A stretch of DNA of 64,000 bases from Candidatus Woesebacteria bacterium RIFCSPLOWO2_01_FULL_44_24b (GCA_001793235.1 MGHM01000017.1:2971-66970); one strand, 5' to 3'. Numbered from the stretch's first letter, positions 19,322 through 28,938 are shown. The notes: generated by a model from the letters alone, not told the origin. Numbers and translations: made by a program.

Positions 19322-20604
19322 CGCCCTGACTCTACCTTATCCTTCCCCATCCATTTTCGAAGCACTTCGGGGATAACAATACTTCCATCTTCCTGCTGGT
19401 AATTTTCCATTATGGCAATTATTGTTCTTCCAATTGCAAATGCGGTTGCGTCGTTCATCTGCACAAACTCGGTTTTGCCGCTTCTTTGTACTTTAGTATT
19501 AAGACGCCTTGCTTGATAATCAGTCATCAAATCAGATGTGTGGGTTTCTCTGTATTTATTTTGTCCTGGTAGCCAAGTATTAATATCAATTTGACGATAA
19601 TCCGGTCCGCCCATATCTCCTGAACAAATTTGAACAACTTGGTAAGGTAATTTAAGAGATTGCATTAAGTACTCCTGTATTGCAACAAAAAAATTCTGTT
19701 CTTTTATTGAATTCTCGGCAACTGTAAATGACTCCATCTCAACTTTGTCAAACTGATGAACTCTCAAAATACCCTGAGTATCTTTCCCGTAAGTTCCTGC
19801 TTCTTCTCTGAAACTTGTCGAAAATCCGACATAGCGGAAAGGCATGTCTGACTCTCTCAGTGTCTCATCCATATGAAGTGGCCCAAGTGTATGTTCTGCG
19901 CTTCCTATCAAATATAAATCCGCTTGTGGAATATAATAGCGCTCCTCTTTTGGCTCAAGTCTAGCCATTTTGGCCATAACTTCGGGCTTCATCATGACTG
20001 GAGGAATTACCGGTATAAATGCTTTTACAGAATAATCTTGGTCTATGGGCTCCAGAATTTTTTTCAAAGTTTTTACATTAGTCAAAGTATCAAAAGCAAA
20101 TTGCACTAAAGCAAATTCCATACGGGCAATATCCCCCATCAAATAACCAAATCTCGATCCTGAAATGTCTCCTGCTTTTTTAATATTTATAACTCCAAGA
20201 GCTATTCCTAAAGCCATGTGGTCTTTTGGCTCAAAATCAAATTTTGTAGGCTCCCCCCAAGAGCGGATTACTTTATTTTCATTCTCATCTTTGCCAATTG
20301 GCGTATCCTCTGAAATTAAATTTGGAACTTTATATAATGCTTGTTTGAATTTTTCTTCAATTTCTGTAAGCTTTGGTTCCAAATCCTTCAGTTGCTCTTT
20401 TATTTTTTTGCCTTCCTCGGAAGCCTTGCCAAGTTTGGATATTTCATTGCGTTTGGCTCGGAGGGTTTCGACTTGCAGCAGAAGTTCAAGTTTTTGTTTA
20501 TGAATATTTAAAACTTCGTCTACAATATTCGGATCTTTTTGCTTGGCAGCAATAGCCTCTTTAAACTTTTCAGGATTATCACGAACCAGCTGAATATCAA
20601 CCAT
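19318..20604 (-). CDS. serS: Seryl-tRNA synthetase
   Basis: N-terminal coiled-coil MVDIQLVRDNPEKFKEAIAAKQ...; class II core motifs (FRxE: SFREEAGTYGKDTQGILRVHQFDKVE); 428 aa. Confidence 0.9.
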   Translation of the reverse strand: MVDIQLVRDNPEKFKEAIAAKQKDPNIVDEVLNIHKQKLELLLQVETLRAKRNEISKLGKASEEGKKIKEQLKDLEPKLTEIEEKFKQALYKVPNLISEDTPIGKDENENKVIRSWGEPTKFDFEPKDHMALGIALGVINIKKAGDISGSRFGYLMGDIARMEFALVQFAFDTLTNVKTLKKILEPIDQDYSVKAFIPVIPPVMMKPEVMAKMARLEPKEERYYIPQADLYLIGSAEHTLGPLHMDETLRESDMPFRYVGFSTSFREEAGTYGKDTQGILRVHQFDKVEMESFTVAENSIKEQNFFVAIQEYLMQSLKLPYQVVQICSGDMGGPDYRQIDINTWLPGQNKYRETHTSDLMTDYQARRLNTKVQRSGKTEFVQMNDATAFAIGRTIIAIMENYQQEDGSIVIPEVLRKWMGKDKVESGR

Positions 20605-20629
20605 GAGCTTATTCTACACCAAGCTTAGC

Positions 20630-23600
20630 TTAATTTGAAGTTATAGGTGTATCAGTTGACCAAGCGGGGTCAGTGGTTTGAATGTTGGTTGAACTGCCTC
20701 TAGTGCCATTTCTGTTATTGCCAGATGAGTCCGCGAGTGTTTGCCCGGCGCCTTCATTTAAATGGTAAAGCACCACGGTATTCGCATCGGTTCCAAATAT
20801 CGAAGTTTGAGGAATGAAGTTAGCGGTATATCTGACATTATTTGAGATTCTTACTTCGTCCACAAGCCCTGGAAAATACTCCCCATTGTTATCTCCCGCA
20901 CGGCCTATGTTCAGGCGGCCACTGCTATTTGCAGGCGCTATCGTGCCAGTATCTGTATCTACTAACTGCCCGTTTACAAAAAATCTTCGGGTCCCGCTTG
21001 AATCACGAGTTATCGCAATGTGATACCACTGATTGAGCTGAACCGTTACACCTGAGCACTGCACAGAGTTACCTGCAGCCTGATAATACGCAAACTGGTC
21101 TCCAGCTCCGCAATCAAACCCTCCGCCATCCACATAAAGTGTAAACATCGCTTGATTGTAACTTGAATTTGCATCAGACATAAAAGTTTCATACCTTCCG
21201 GTATCTGTAGTTCTTTTTACCCATGCTTCGTAAGTGTAAACAGTTGAGAGAGGTAAATCCGTGAATCTGGCTAGGTCATTCGTGCCATCAAACTGCAAAC
21301 TTGTTCCGGACGATGGAGGAGTTGGCGTCGGGGTTGGACTTGGAGTCGGCGTCGGCGATGGTGTGGGCGTAGGGGTCGGTGTAGGTGTAGGGGTTGGGGT
21401 TGGAGTTGGTGCACCAAAAGTGATATCACTGGTTACATATACAGGACCTACCGGGTTGCCTCCTACATTTATAGTACCGTTCGTAGGTGAGCCAGTAACT
21501 GTTGCACTGTCCGAAGCAACTGTCCCGCTTCCTTCATTAAAATGATAGAGCCCAACTGTGTTTGTATCTGGTGCCCAAGCTCCAGTCGGCAAACCAAAAT
21601 TCTGGTCGTAGCGAACAATATTTGAAACACGAACTTCGTCAACTATTCCAGTATATGAAGGGTAAGCGCTCCCCGCATCGTGTTTTTCTGCACCTATCAC
21701 AAGATATGGATCGCTCCCGGGGTAGCTTGTAACTCTTGCATCACGATAGCTAACGTCTCCCATCAAGCCGCTAGCGGTTGCATCCAAGTTCCCATCAACA
21801 TAAACACTCAATTGACCAGTTAATCCGTTTCTTATTGCCGCCACATGATGCCAGGTATTATCTGCTACAAGAGTTGCCCCGCAAACAGTGTTGCCTGAAC
21901 TCCCCTGACTCACTCCAAATGCGACTTGCCCGTTTGTAAGGGAAACCCCATAGTCGCCATAATCGCCAGAGCCGAACACATCGCGGTCAAAAATAATATT
22001 TCCCGTAATCCAGCCAGCTTCAACTCCACAGGAGGCAACTCCACTATTTCCAGTCAACGGCGCTTTCATCCACCACTCAAGAGTGAAATCTCCTCCAACA
22101 TCAACGGGAGTTTGTGGGTCAATAGGGATTTTTACTCTGTCAATGTCGCCCGTGCCGTTTCCAAAAAACTGGAGTGCGTGCCCACCCGTTCCGGGCGTCG
22201 GTGTCGGGGTAGGAGTTGGCGAGGGAGTGGCGGTAGGAGTCGGGGTTGGTGTAGGTAACACGCCGGTGAGCGGTGTATTCATAGCTAATGCTATTTCAGA
22301 CTGATTTAAAGCTCTGTCATATACTCTGACTTCGTCCATCACACCGCTGAAGAAATCAAAGTTACTGCTTCCGCTAATCCATGCCCCAACTTGCAAAGTG
22401 TTTGTTAAACTTGCCAGACTCATGTTCTGCGGAGTACCAACTGGAGTACCGTTCAAATATGCCTGCATTTGAGAACCGTTGTAAGTAATGGCCACATGTT
22501 GCCAAGTTCCCGTGGGTACCGTACTACCTAGCACTATATCTGCCGAGCCGTTATAAAATGTCGGTACTCCGGTTCCTAGATAAAAGTCCCTGGGAGAACC
22601 TACCGTGGCAATTGTTTCATAACTTTGATTTGTGGGGTTATTTACCCAGGCCATGTAGGTAAACTGTGCGGGAAGCGGAAAGGAGGCCACCGAGCCGCGG
22701 TCGTCTGAGCCGTCCAAGTTTAAGCCTCCACCATACTTCCCTGTAGTATTCCAGATTGGGCTACCAGCAAGTGCCAGGTTTCTATTGTTGCCTGATGAGT
22801 CATTTGCAGTCGTACCGCTGCCGTCTTCAAATGCATAACCTGCCAAAAGGCCGGTTGCCGGAGGCGGTGTTGGAGTAGGTGTTGGTGTTGCTCCAGGTTG
22901 ATAAGTTGCAACATAAGACTGAGGAGTGTCTGGAGCCGTGATTGTGTGTGTTGCTGCTCCACCGTCGCTCCACGAGACAAAATCAAACCCTCCCTGAGAA
23001 AGAGGTGCCTCAATATTGTGTTGAAAATTAACTACAGTATTTAGTACAGTTGGAGTAACTTTAACAAAGCCGTCAATGTTTACCGTGAGTCCTGTTGGAG
23101 ATGTGTCAAAACTCAAGTCGACGGTTTCCGGAATAATGTTTACTGCGTTTGTCGCTTTCAAGCCGTCTGAGTCAGTTACCGTCAACACAAACTGAAATTG
23201 CATTTCATTGTTTATTTCATGCCCAGAGGTAGGAACGCCAAACACTCCACTTGAGCCGCTAACCGGGCCCGCTTCAGGATGAGTATGGCTTAAGTGAATC
23301 AAGAAAACATCCCAAGAATAATTCGCTTCAGCCAAAGTCCCGTCAGCATCAGACGCGCTCGAGCTAAAATTGGCATTCTCCCCGGCTCTGAATGTAATTT
23401 GACCGCCTGGCTGGTCAGACGGAGTAGTTACCGAAATTAAATCAATCACAGGAGGAGTGCCAACAATTATTGTGATGGGGTCGGACAAAGTCTGATTCAC
23501 ACCATCCGAAACCGTAAGCCTCGCGGTATATTGTCCTTTTTGCTGATACTCATGGCTTGGGTTTTGTTGAGTGGACGGAGGAGTACCATCGCCAAATTCC

Positions 23601-24859
23601 CAAGAGTAGGTAATAGGCTGACTTTCAGGATCAGTCGCGCTGGCTGTAAAGTTGACCGTAAGCGGTGCATTCGGCCCGCTGGTTGGATTCGCGCTGGCTG
23701 TAGCAATCACCGGTGGCTGATTTGCCGCGGTGTACTTTATTCTTCTCACAGTCCCCGGGTTACTCTGCCCTTCCCAAGAAATACCAATGTCTACATAATA
23801 AAGAGCCCCATCCGGCCCCTGTTCAAAATCAACTATTTCACCATACGGCCCATTTACAGTCCCATTGGCAGGTTCAAAATTAAAGGTGCCGTTTAGAACT
23901 CCAGTTGTGGGATCAAGATCAAGCCCGCGCACGAAGTTTCGCACATAATCTCCATAAAAATAGTCTCCTTGGTAACTCGCGGGGAAGTTGCCTCCGCGAT
24001 ACACAAAACCTCCAGTTACTGACGCGTCGCTGCCACCGTGGGGATAAGAAAAAAGCGGATTAGTCATGCCTGCCGTCCCGCAGCTTCCCTCACAAACTGG
24101 CCAGCCATAATTAGCCCCCGCTACTGCCACATTTATTTCTTCTATCGAATTTGCTGCGTCATTACCGCCAACATCTCCGATATAAATCTTTCCCGTCGGA
24201 GCATCCAACGAAATCCTGAATGGATTCCTAAGTCCCCTCGCCCAAATATAATCATAATTGGGTCCTGCATCGTCCCAAAAAGGATTATCCTGAGGAGTTG
24301 TGCCGTCTGTGTTTACTCTTAAAATTTTTCCTTGGTAACTGGTCAAGCTTTGTGAATTATTTGCAGCATCAAAGCCGTCCCCGGTTGAAATATAAAGTTT
24401 GCCGTCAGGGCCAACTATAACCGAGCCCCCATGATGCCAAAGATCGGCATCCTGAGGTGCCTCCCAAACTAGAAACTCACTACCTACACTTGCCGTGTTG
24501 CCGGTTGCCGTAAAGCGCGCTACTCTATCACGAAGAGGCGAGCCATGGGTGTAAAAAAGATAAAAAAAGCCGTTTGTTGTAAAATTTGAGTCAAGATCAA
24601 TCCCGGTTAATCCCCGCTCACCTTGATCAATATTAATATTAGTTATTTGCATAAATGGCGTGGGGTCAACTACTGAAGCTCCTGCTTGCACAATATGAAC
24701 TGTTCCATCACGCTCTAAAACTAACATCCTGCCATCCGGCAAAAATTCAATTGTAGTAGGCTGGTCAAGGCCGGTAATTAGGGTTTCACTGACAAAGTCT
24801 GGTGGAGGAGCGGCTTGCGCAATTTTGGGGGTTAAAAGAAATACTCCCTGCTGGAGCAA
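20630..24859 (-). CDS. Giant (1409 aa) secreted surface protein: N-terminal glucose/sorbosone-dehydrogenase-like beta-propeller, PKD/Ig-like domains, three LamG/ConA-like domains joined by Pro-Thr linkers
   Basis: Signal peptide; GLDQPTTIEFLPDGRMLVLERDGTVHIV (soluble quinoprotein dehydrogenase-type propeller); PKD-like PITYSWEFGDGTP...YTARLTVSD; LamG-like ...DEVRVYDRALNQSEI / DEVRVSNIVRY / DEVRISNNVRY; (PT)n linkers. Confidence 0.8.
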   Translation of the reverse strand: MLQQGVFLLTPKIAQAAPPPDFVSETLITGLDQPTTIEFLPDGRMLVLERDGTVHIVQAGASVVDPTPFMQITNINIDQGERGLTGIDLDSNFTTNGFFYLFYTHGSPLRDRVARFTATGNTASVGSEFLVWEAPQDADLWHHGGSVIVGPDGKLYISTGDGFDAANNSQSLTSYQGKILRVNTDGTTPQDNPFWDDAGPNYDYIWARGLRNPFRISLDAPTGKIYIGDVGGNDAANSIEEINVAVAGANYGWPVCEGSCGTAGMTNPLFSYPHGGSDASVTGGFVYRGGNFPASYQGDYFYGDYVRNFVRGLDLDPTTGVLNGTFNFEPANGTVNGPYGEIVDFEQGPDGALYYVDIGISWEGQSNPGTVRRIKYTAANQPPVIATASANPTSGPNAPLTVNFTASATDPESQPITYSWEFGDGTPPSTQQNPSHEYQQKGQYTARLTVSDGVNQTLSDPITIIVGTPPVIDLISVTTPSDQPGGQITFRAGENANFSSSASDADGTLAEANYSWDVFLIHLSHTHPEAGPVSGSSGVFGVPTSGHEINNEMQFQFVLTVTDSDGLKATNAVNIIPETVDLSFDTSPTGLTVNIDGFVKVTPTVLNTVVNFQHNIEAPLSQGGFDFVSWSDGGAATHTITAPDTPQSYVATYQPGATPTPTPTPPPATGLLAGYAFEDGSGTTANDSSGNNRNLALAGSPIWNTTGKYGGGLNLDGSDDRGSVASFPLPAQFTYMAWVNNPTNQSYETIATVGSPRDFYLGTGVPTFYNGSADIVLGSTVPTGTWQHVAITYNGSQMQAYLNGTPVGTPQNMSLASLTNTLQVGAWISGSSNFDFFSGVMDEVRVYDRALNQSEIALAMNTPLTGVLPTPTPTPTATPSPTPTPTPTPGTGGHALQFFGNGTGDIDRVKIPIDPQTPVDVGGDFTLEWWMKAPLTGNSGVASCGVEAGWITGNIIFDRDVFGSGDYGDYGVSLTNGQVAFGVSQGSSGNTVCGATLVADNTWHHVAAIRNGLTGQLSVYVDGNLDATASGLMGDVSYRDARVTSYPGSDPYLVIGAEKHDAGSAYPSYTGIVDEVRVSNIVRYDQNFGLPTGAWAPDTNTVGLYHFNEGSGTVASDSATVTGSPTNGTINVGGNPVGPVYVTSDITFGAPTPTPTPTPTPTPTPTPSPTPTPSPTPTPTPPSSGTSLQFDGTNDLARFTDLPLSTVYTYEAWVKRTTDTGRYETFMSDANSSYNQAMFTLYVDGGGFDCGAGDQFAYYQAAGNSVQCSGVTVQLNQWYHIAITRDSSGTRRFFVNGQLVDTDTGTIAPANSSGRLNIGRAGDNNGEYFPGLVDEVRISNNVRYTANFIPQTSIFGTDANTVVLYHLNEGAGQTLADSSGNNRNGTRGSSTNIQTTDPAWSTDTPITSN
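21313..21414 (-). repeat. In-frame (Pro-Thr)n coding microsatellite-like linker repeat inside the giant surface protein gene (second copy at 22185-22262, third near 22862-22895)
   Basis: ggngtnggngtnggn periodicity visible on the + strand (GVGVGV in the antisense frame); corresponds to the PTPTPTPT linkers. Confidence 0.7.
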
Positions 24860-24954
24860 AATACTTAATATACCAAGATAGTATGCAAATTTTCGCAGAT
24901 AGTATAAAGTTATAAGACACGAAACACTTTGTCAATAGGGAAAGGTAATCTTAA

Positions 24955-25530
24955 TTACAATCCTAACTCGGAAGAAATTTGTTGCATAGCTCTGAGAGCT
25001 ATTTCTATAAATTCCCTTAGAGGAATCTTAAGATATTCTTCACATTTTTCAATCTGCTCCCGGTTTGCACCAGCCGCAAAGCTTTTTTCTTTCCATTTCT
25101 TCATAACAGAGTCCACCGTGACCACTGATATATCTGCATTTTTAACAAGTGCAACTGCAACGATTAGACCAGTGAGCTCGTCACTACAGTAAAGGGACCA
25201 CTGCATTTTGTTCGTGGGCTTAGGCGCATCTTCCACGTAGCCCCAGGCATGGCTTGCAATTGTGTCGCTAATATCGGTTGTTCCTTGAATCTTTTTCAGC
25301 CATTCTATCGTCAGTTTAGTGTGATCTGTGGTTACCCTTTCAGTGCCCTTAAGCTCCTCATAATCAGCGTCGTGCAAGAGCCCCGCAATCCCCCAAGTGT
25401 CTTCATCCTCGCCAAAGTGCTTAGCAAGAGCGCGCATCACGGCTTCAACCGCATGGCAATGCCTACGCAAGTTAACGTTACCCATATGCTCATGCAAAAG
25501 ATCGAGCGCCTCATCCCTCGTTATTGTCAT
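24955..25530 (-). CDS. HD-domain phosphohydrolase-like protein
   Basis: RRHCHAVEAVMRALAKHF...GIAGLLHDADYE gives the H...HD metal-binding pattern of HD superfamily hydrolases. Confidence 0.55.
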   Translation of the reverse strand: MTITRDEALDLLHEHMGNVNLRRHCHAVEAVMRALAKHFGEDEDTWGIAGLLHDADYEELKGTERVTTDHTKLTIEWLKKIQGTTDISDTIASHAWGYVEDAPKPTNKMQWSLYCSDELTGLIVAVALVKNADISVVTVDSVMKKWKEKSFAAGANREQIEKCEEYLKIPLREFIEIALRAMQQISSELGL

Positions 25531-25961
25531 AGTTTAGTATACTCCGATCTTAATGCTACGAGCCCATGGTCTACCAGCAAATCACTGACCAAATATCTAT
25601 CTTCACTGTTTAGATCGTTTTTGTTCAAAATACGGAATCTGGATTGTCCTTTCTGTTTGTCAGGGGCTTCCACTCGGAAAGAAACTCTGGAAGACTGACC
25701 TATTATAATAGTCCCTGTGTATTCATAAACGACTTCCATCAAATCAGAAATAGAGACTTCCTCATCGGGATCCGTTGATAACACAAATAAATATCGCGAG
25801 AGGGGTTCTTTGGCCATCCCCGGGATTTTTATAAGAATCCCTTCATAGTAGTCTGGTATTGGTTGCTCCAGACCAAACACACCCATGTTTTTCCTGTTTG
25901 TACGCGCTTCAACAAGTGTTAAGCCTCCTCGAGTATCTGTCTTTAATCTTTCAGCTAACAT
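25527..25961 (-). CDS. Hypothetical protein (145 aa from MLAERLK...)
   Basis: ORF downstream of the greA terminator. The longer ORF-track start (26051) would run through the greA terminator hairpin, so the start is taken at 25961. Confidence 0.4.
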   Translation of the reverse strand: MLAERLKTDTRGGLTLVEARTNRKNMGVFGLEQPIPDYYEGILIKIPGMAKEPLSRYLFVLSTDPDEEVSISDLMEVVYEYTGTIIIGQSSRVSFRVEAPDKQKGQSRFRILNKNDLNSEDRYLVSDLLVDHGLVALRSEYTKL

Positions 25962-25971
25962 GATTATCAAT

Positions 25972-25996
25972 AAAAAACCCCGATTTGATCGGGGTT
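25972..25996 (-). terminator. Rho-independent terminator downstream of greA
   Basis: Minus-strand RNA acagaaCCCCGATcaaATCGGGGtttttta: 7-bp GC-rich stem followed by a U-tract, 30 nt after the greA stop. Confidence 0.6.
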
Positions 25997-26025
25997 CTGT
26001 AAACGGTACAAGAAGTACAACCCCG

Positions 26026-26508
26026 TTAGGAGCTTGGCTTCTTAATCTCAAGAATTTTATAAATTAGCTTGCCCGCAGGAGCTTCTACCTCTATGGTCTC
26101 GCCAACTTTCTTGCCTACCAACTGCTTTCCGAGAGGCGACTCGTGTGAAATTTTCTTCTGGGCGGGGTCCGCTTCCCACTCTCCCACAATGTTAAATTCA
26201 TGACGGTCGCCATTGGCTTGAACAATTACGGTTGTCCCGATACCAACTTTACCGTTTCCGTTGCCGTTATCGGCAACCACATCTGCGTTTTCTACAACGT
26301 TTTTCAGCTCATCAATGCGGCCATCCAAAAACTCAAGCTCTTCACGAGCGTTAATATAGTCACTATTTTCTGACAAATCACCCTCTTGTCGGGCACGCTC
26401 CAGCCGCTCGACTAACTTTGGTCTTTTAACACCGACCAACTCGTCAAGCTCAACCTTAAGGGCTTCTAGCCCGCTTTTAGTTACTTGTACTTGTTTTTGT
26501 GTATCCAT
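26026..26508 (-). CDS. greA: Transcription elongation factor GreA
   Basis: MDTQKQVQVTKSGLEALKVELDELVGVKRPKLVERLERARQEGDLSENSDYINAREELEFLDGRIDEL (coiled-coil finger) plus C-terminal FKBP-like domain; start at the ATG at 26508 (the ORF track used an upstream TTG). Confidence 0.9.
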   Translation of the reverse strand: MDTQKQVQVTKSGLEALKVELDELVGVKRPKLVERLERARQEGDLSENSDYINAREELEFLDGRIDELKNVVENADVVADNGNGNGKVGIGTTVIVQANGDRHEFNIVGEWEADPAQKKISHESPLGKQLVGKKVGETIEVEAPAGKLIYKILEIKKPSS

Positions 26509-26524
26509 TGTCTTTTTCCCTCTC

Positions 26525-26693
26525 AAAAAAAATCCCCCTCTGTTTTAAGTTCAGGGGAGTGAATAAAAAACCACTCCCTTCAGCTGATATTCTTGCAATT
26601 GCTGAAAAAATCCATTGAGAGGGGTGTTATATTCATGGGAAGTAACTTAATTACTAAGACAGAAGTATACTAAAATCCTCCTTCCTTGTCAAT
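26525..26693 (-). promoter_or_regulatory. greA promoter plus structured leader with a terminator-like hairpin 12 nt before the start codon
   Basis: Minus strand: TTGACA (26693-26688), 17 nt spacer, TATACT (26670-26665). Leader hairpin GGGAGUG...CACUCCC (26556-26580) shares its 3' arm with a UCCCCU/GGGGGA stem followed by U8 (26525-26560). Confidence 0.45.
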
Positions 26694-26697
26694 GGCC

Positions 26698-28194
26698 TTA
26701 GTGGGTATTTCGCTGAAAATTTCCCTCATTGGTTAAGCGCCTGAGAGGAGATGGATCAAGCTTATGAAGCTCCTCGACACTCCCGACATTGCGAAATACA
26801 AGCGCCAAAATTGCATCTTCATTAAGTAAATGCAGATTGTAAGTCAAAGTCGGCTGAGTAAACTTGACATAGTTCATTTGTGCTTTAGTTGTTTCACCTT
26901 CAACAAAAGCAGGGATATTGAAAGGCATAAGCTTTCCATCTAAGTACTTAGTCCTTGCAGAGGCCTCTCCGCCGTAAGGCTTAAATAACTTTCCCGATTT
27001 ATCAGAACAATAAAGAGCGCCACCAGGAGACTCAATTGTTCCTCCTGAAACCGCTCGCGAAACGCCAATGCCTGAAGCCCCGAGAAGCAAGGTAGTTGCA
27101 ATGTGATCTGAGGCCCCGCCTTCAACTATAACCGGAATGTTCACTTCCCCGCGAAGCTGCCAAACCAGCTCCGGCCAGTCGACCACTGACCCGCTTCTGA
27201 CCCCGGTGATGCACCTCCCGCCGCCGCCAATACCTACAAACAAGCCATCAGCACCCGCCGCCTGAACTGCCTTTGCCTGAACCACACTTACAATCTGACC
27301 GGCAAATATTTCAACTTTTTGACCAAATTCTTTTCTCAAGGACTTAACTGTCGTGACCACACCCGACCCGGGCTCTGGGGAATAAACTCTAAAGCTTCTA
27401 ACTCCGGCTTTGTAGAGCGCGATTGCCCGCTCAAGAGCTTTCGCAGGGTCGGCCGACAAAGTACCACACACGTTTTTTTGCCAATAAGCTGCAATTTTGC
27501 GCCTGTCTTTTCTGCCCTTCAAAACAGCTTTTTCGATTCGCTCTAACCAATCAAAGACCTCGCCTGCCAAGTCCACCTGCCGCTTTATTTCCGAAGTTAG
27601 GCCATTCCTGGGAATTGCGGATAAGCAATGACTGGCAGCCATAGTGGCAATGGCAGCGGCACTATTCCAAACATCTGGGGACGCCGAGCCCACAAAAATA
27701 CTTCTGGCCTGCCTGCCCAATTTCACAAATGGCCCTTGGGCATAGCGCTCTGTGCGGCTCGTTCGCGCCTTTTCGCCACCAACAACGGTTGCACCAAGGT
27801 CACCAATCGAGAACGCAAGTCCGTCGGCAAGCGAGCGCTCCACCACATCGGATTGCACCTTTGGAGGAAGAGAAAAGTCACTTTTATCGACGTTATATAG
27901 GAATTTCATCCGGTAAGGATGATTGAACATGGTCAGAAAAAACATGCGCATGCGTAGAGTCTGAACAATACGCTCCTGTGGCAGCATTTGAAGAGATTCA
28001 TAGGAAATATAATCATGCGGGGTAATAAGGAGACCCTGACTTGGGTAAACATGCTCGGCGTCTTTACTGAAGTGAATCCATGGAGCCAGATATCTTTCGA
28101 TATTTTCCTCGTCTTTTTTAAGGAGATTTTTTATTCTGTCTTTGCCCTCTTTACTGTCTCGGAGCTTAACAAAATCTTCCTGCAATCTATTCAC
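26698..28194 (-). CDS. IMPDH/GMP-reductase-family TIM-barrel protein with divergent N-terminal ~200 aa
   Basis: GADGLFVGIGGGGRCITGVRSG parallels the IMPDH catalytic loop GIGPGSICTTR, with an upstream phosphate-binding Gly-rich segment; 498 aa; no CBS pair recognised. Confidence 0.5.
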   Translation of the reverse strand: MNRLQEDFVKLRDSKEGKDRIKNLLKKDEENIERYLAPWIHFSKDAEHVYPSQGLLITPHDYISYESLQMLPQERIVQTLRMRMFFLTMFNHPYRMKFLYNVDKSDFSLPPKVQSDVVERSLADGLAFSIGDLGATVVGGEKARTSRTERYAQGPFVKLGRQARSIFVGSASPDVWNSAAAIATMAASHCLSAIPRNGLTSEIKRQVDLAGEVFDWLERIEKAVLKGRKDRRKIAAYWQKNVCGTLSADPAKALERAIALYKAGVRSFRVYSPEPGSGVVTTVKSLRKEFGQKVEIFAGQIVSVVQAKAVQAAGADGLFVGIGGGGRCITGVRSGSVVDWPELVWQLRGEVNIPVIVEGGASDHIATTLLLGASGIGVSRAVSGGTIESPGGALYCSDKSGKLFKPYGGEASARTKYLDGKLMPFNIPAFVEGETTKAQMNYVKFTQPTLTYNLHLLNEDAILALVFRNVGSVEELHKLDPSPLRRLTNEGNFQRNTH

Positions 28195-28218
28195 GCTTAT
28201 ACTATACTATATTCCATA

Positions 28219-28773
28219 GTGAAAAAAATAATCTTTGGTACCACAAATGCGGGCAAACTTGCCGAGGCTCAAAGTGTACTTGGCATGAAAGTGGAAGGTG
28301 TGAGCCTCGACATTGACGAAGTGCAGTCTCCGGATACGGCTTACGTGGCTACAAAAAAAGCCCAAGATTATTGGAAAAAAATAAAAAAACCGCTTTTTGT
28401 CGAGGATTTGGGCTTAACTTTCAAGGCATTTAAAAATCTTCCCGGGGTTTATATTAGAGACTTCCTGGAAAACTTGGGCAATGAGGGCTTAATAAAAATA
28501 ATTCCAAAAGGCAAGTCCAGAGAAGCTACGGCCGTAACGGTACTTGCCTATTATGCTGGCCGCGGCGAGCCCAAGCTTTTTAAAGGTGAAGTAAAAGGCA
28601 CAATTGCCCAAAAGACCAAAGGCGACAAAGGCTTTGGCTGGGACCCGATTTTTATCCCGAAGGGAAGTAAAAAAACATTCGGCCAGATGGAAATGGAAGA
28701 AAAAAACAAGTATTCAATGAGAAGAAAAGCCCTGGAAAAACTTCACAAGTGGCTCAAAGAAAAGAAGATGTGA
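28219..28773 (+). CDS. rdgB: Non-canonical purine NTP pyrophosphatase (RdgB/HAM1/ITPase family)
   Basis: KIIFGTTNAGKLAEAQSVLG...FVEDLGL...GFGWDPIFIP...SMRRKALEKL; GTG start at 28219 (the ORF-track extension overlaps the convergent upstream gene); the TGA stop overlaps the tRNA 3' end. Confidence 0.8.
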   Translation: MKKIIFGTTNAGKLAEAQSVLGMKVEGVSLDIDEVQSPDTAYVATKKAQDYWKKIKKPLFVEDLGLTFKAFKNLPGVYIRDFLENLGNEGLIKIIPKGKSREATAVTVLAYYAGRGEPKLFKGEVKGTIAQKTKGDKGFGWDPIFIPKGSKKTFGQMEMEEKNKYSMRRKALEKLHKWLKEKKM

Positions 28774-28843
28774 CGCTATCGGGAGTCGAACCCGAGTTTG
28801 TGGGATGAGAACCCACTGTCCTGGACCACTAGACGATAGCGCC
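28771..28843 (-). tRNA. tRNA-Glu (anticodon CUC)
   Basis: Minus strand GGCGCTATCGTCTAGTGGTCCAGGACAGTGGGTTCTCATCCCACAAACTCGGGTTCGACTCCCGATAGCGTCA: 7-bp acceptor stem, D-arm GTCT/GGAC with the TCTAGTGGTCCAGGA loop typical of tRNA-Glu, anticodon loop TTCTCAT, T-arm TCGGG-TTCGACT-CCCGA, discriminator A; CCA not encoded. Confidence 0.85.
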
Positions 28844-28870
28844 GTACCAGGATTATACCAAATTTGGGTG

Positions 28871-28900
28871 TTGACAGCACTTTTTATAAGTTGCTATAGT
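28871..28900 (+). promoter_or_regulatory. Near-consensus sigma70-type promoter (TTGACA-18-TATAGT)
   Basis: ttgaca at 28871-28876 and tatagt at 28895-28900 with an 18-nt AT-rich spacer, upstream of the leader ORF and operon. Confidence 0.5.
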
Positions 28901-28938
28901 TATTTTTTAGGAGCCGAAAGTTTTAAAAGCTTCTAAAA

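Noticed and set aside
21261-22304. Plus-strand ORFs encoding (GV)n peptides (21261-21545, 22083-22304) and other plus-strand ORFs within 20630-24859.
   Set aside because: They are antisense shadows of the PT-linker repeats and propeller/LamG coding sequence of the 1409-aa minus-strand gene, so not independent genes.
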